From the NCBI GenBank assembly GCA_001778055.1, contig MFFY01000004.1:1-45346 (forward strand): 45,346 bases of DNA, read 5' to 3'. The notes under the pieces are model-generated. The model ran no database searches. It worked only from the letters and a program-made list of their open reading frames with translations, and was not told where the DNA came from. Within the stretch, counting starts at the first letter, position 1. Every line of letters begins with the position of its first letter. The DNA comes from Candidatus Falkowbacteria bacterium RIFCSPLOWO2_12_FULL_45_13 (lineage in GTDB: Bacteria; Patescibacteriota; Patescibacteriia; Patescibacteriales; GWC2-42-12). The translations under genes and the position numbers were made by a program. This document shows positions 44,792 to 45,346 of the stretch, in pieces.

Positions 44792-45346
44792 TTACTCACG
44801 ATTATCATTCTCCCCACATTTATTGTACATATTCATTTTATTGGCAATTAAGTCAACGGAGAGACTGTATTTTTCTAGAATATCCTTGGCCCCTTTGGTG
44901 TTGGGGTTGGAGACCAGGCCACGGCAACCATAGCAAATGTTGCCGTGGTTTATGCACCAGGAGTTGCAGCCGGCCCGGGTGATTGGTCCCAAGCAGGCCA
45001 CCCCCCGCTCATACAGGCAGATGTTTTCATTTAACTTACACTCAACGCAAACTGCATTGTCTGGCACGGGGCGGGGGAGCCCGGCTAAAAAGGCCTTTAA
45101 GACCGCAACAACTTCCGGTAAATACACAGGGCAGCCGGGGATAACATAATCAACTTTAACCACTTGATGGATGGCTTTTGTTTCTACGGTAGGGAAGAAA
45201 TTGGCATCTTTACCGTAAACACTTTTGCGGATATCTTCCAGTTTATAATTATTTTTCATACCGTTAACTCCGCCAATGGCGGCGCATGAGCCGTAAGCGA
45301 CGAGGGTCTTTGTGCGAGCTCTTAGTCTTTTAATATGTTCGATAGC
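44792..45346 (-). CDS. [NiFe]-hydrogenase small subunit, group-3 type (5' end outside the window)
   Basis: The frame stays open upstream of the ATG at 45259 to the window edge, reading ...LVAYGSCAAIGGVNG. Also VDYVIPGCPV and the Fe-S Cys cluster region CVECK..ENICL...G.ACLGPITRAGC..WC...G..CYGCRG. Confidence 0.88.
   Translation of the reverse strand, partial: AIEHIKRLRARTKTLVAYGSCAAIGGVNGMKNNYKLEDIRKSVYGKDANFFPTVETKAIHQVVKVDYVIPGCPVYLPEVVAVLKAFLAGLPRPVPDNAVCVECKLNENICLYERGVACLGPITRAGCNSWCINHGNICYGCRGLVSNPNTKGAKDILEKYSLSVDLIANKMNMYNKCGENDNRE

Noticed and set aside
1-45346. Looked for tRNA, rRNA, CRISPR arrays, riboswitches (FMN before ribD, T-box or leader before leuC/hisB) and recoding (in-frame TGA/TAG in conserved genes, Sec in the hydrogenase large subunit).
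   Set aside because: No T-loop or acceptor-like structures and no spaced direct repeats were seen. ribD, hisB and pyrC are translationally coupled to upstream genes with no leader space. All conserved genes read through in the standard code. The large subunit has Cys, not Sec, in DPCLSCSAH.

Overview
Gene-dense bacterial chromosomal window read in the standard genetic code. No rRNA, tRNA or CRISPR array was found. Lineage cannot be assigned from sequence alone; a secretin, a TPR-Slt lytic transglycosylase and lipoproteins suggest a diderm cell envelope.

Left to right:
- A truncated surface-repeat protein coupled to a multi-TM Cache/HAMP histidine kinase.
- clpC, radA, an orphan leuC-type aconitase large subunit with a TPR-like partner, rnc-pyrC, a Big_2 lipoprotein and a CaCA exchanger.
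- A highly structured heptad-repeat palindrome upstream of a PilP-like lipoprotein and a minimal secretin.
- A minus-strand slt-ruvB-hisB-UPF0280 operon.
- A glycogen cluster: glgB, a nucleotidyltransferase::PGM-like fusion, glgA, a wHTH protein, a GH57 enzyme and malQ.
- tlyA (carrying a GC-rich in-frame mini-insertion), a membrane protein and nadK.
- An accessory patch: two small ORFs, an intact two-ORF IS with 23-bp perfect inverted repeats, an unknown 314-aa protein and a 591-aa alpha/beta-hydrolase.
- A PrkC-like kinase with degenerate catalytic motifs, split from its PASTA protein, followed by rpe-ribD.
- A minus-strand cytoplasmic-type [NiFe]-hydrogenase operon that runs off the right edge: small subunit, large subunit, endopeptidase, a zinc-finger-less HypA-like protein, a HypC::HydE-like radical-SAM fusion and a stand-alone receiver.

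Most interesting candidates:
1. The HypC::HydE-type radical-SAM fusion and the mini-HypA in the [NiFe] operon.
2. The uncharacterised four-gene hydrolase locus split by the IS.
3. The split, degenerate kinase/PASTA pair.
4. The PGM-like domain with degenerate active-site loops sitting in the glgC position.
5. The heptad-repeat palindromic element at 13.3-13.5 kb.
6. Recurrent -10 boxes 7-8 nt from start codons, which suggest leaderless mRNAs.

All family calls come from motif recognition by eye. No searches were run.
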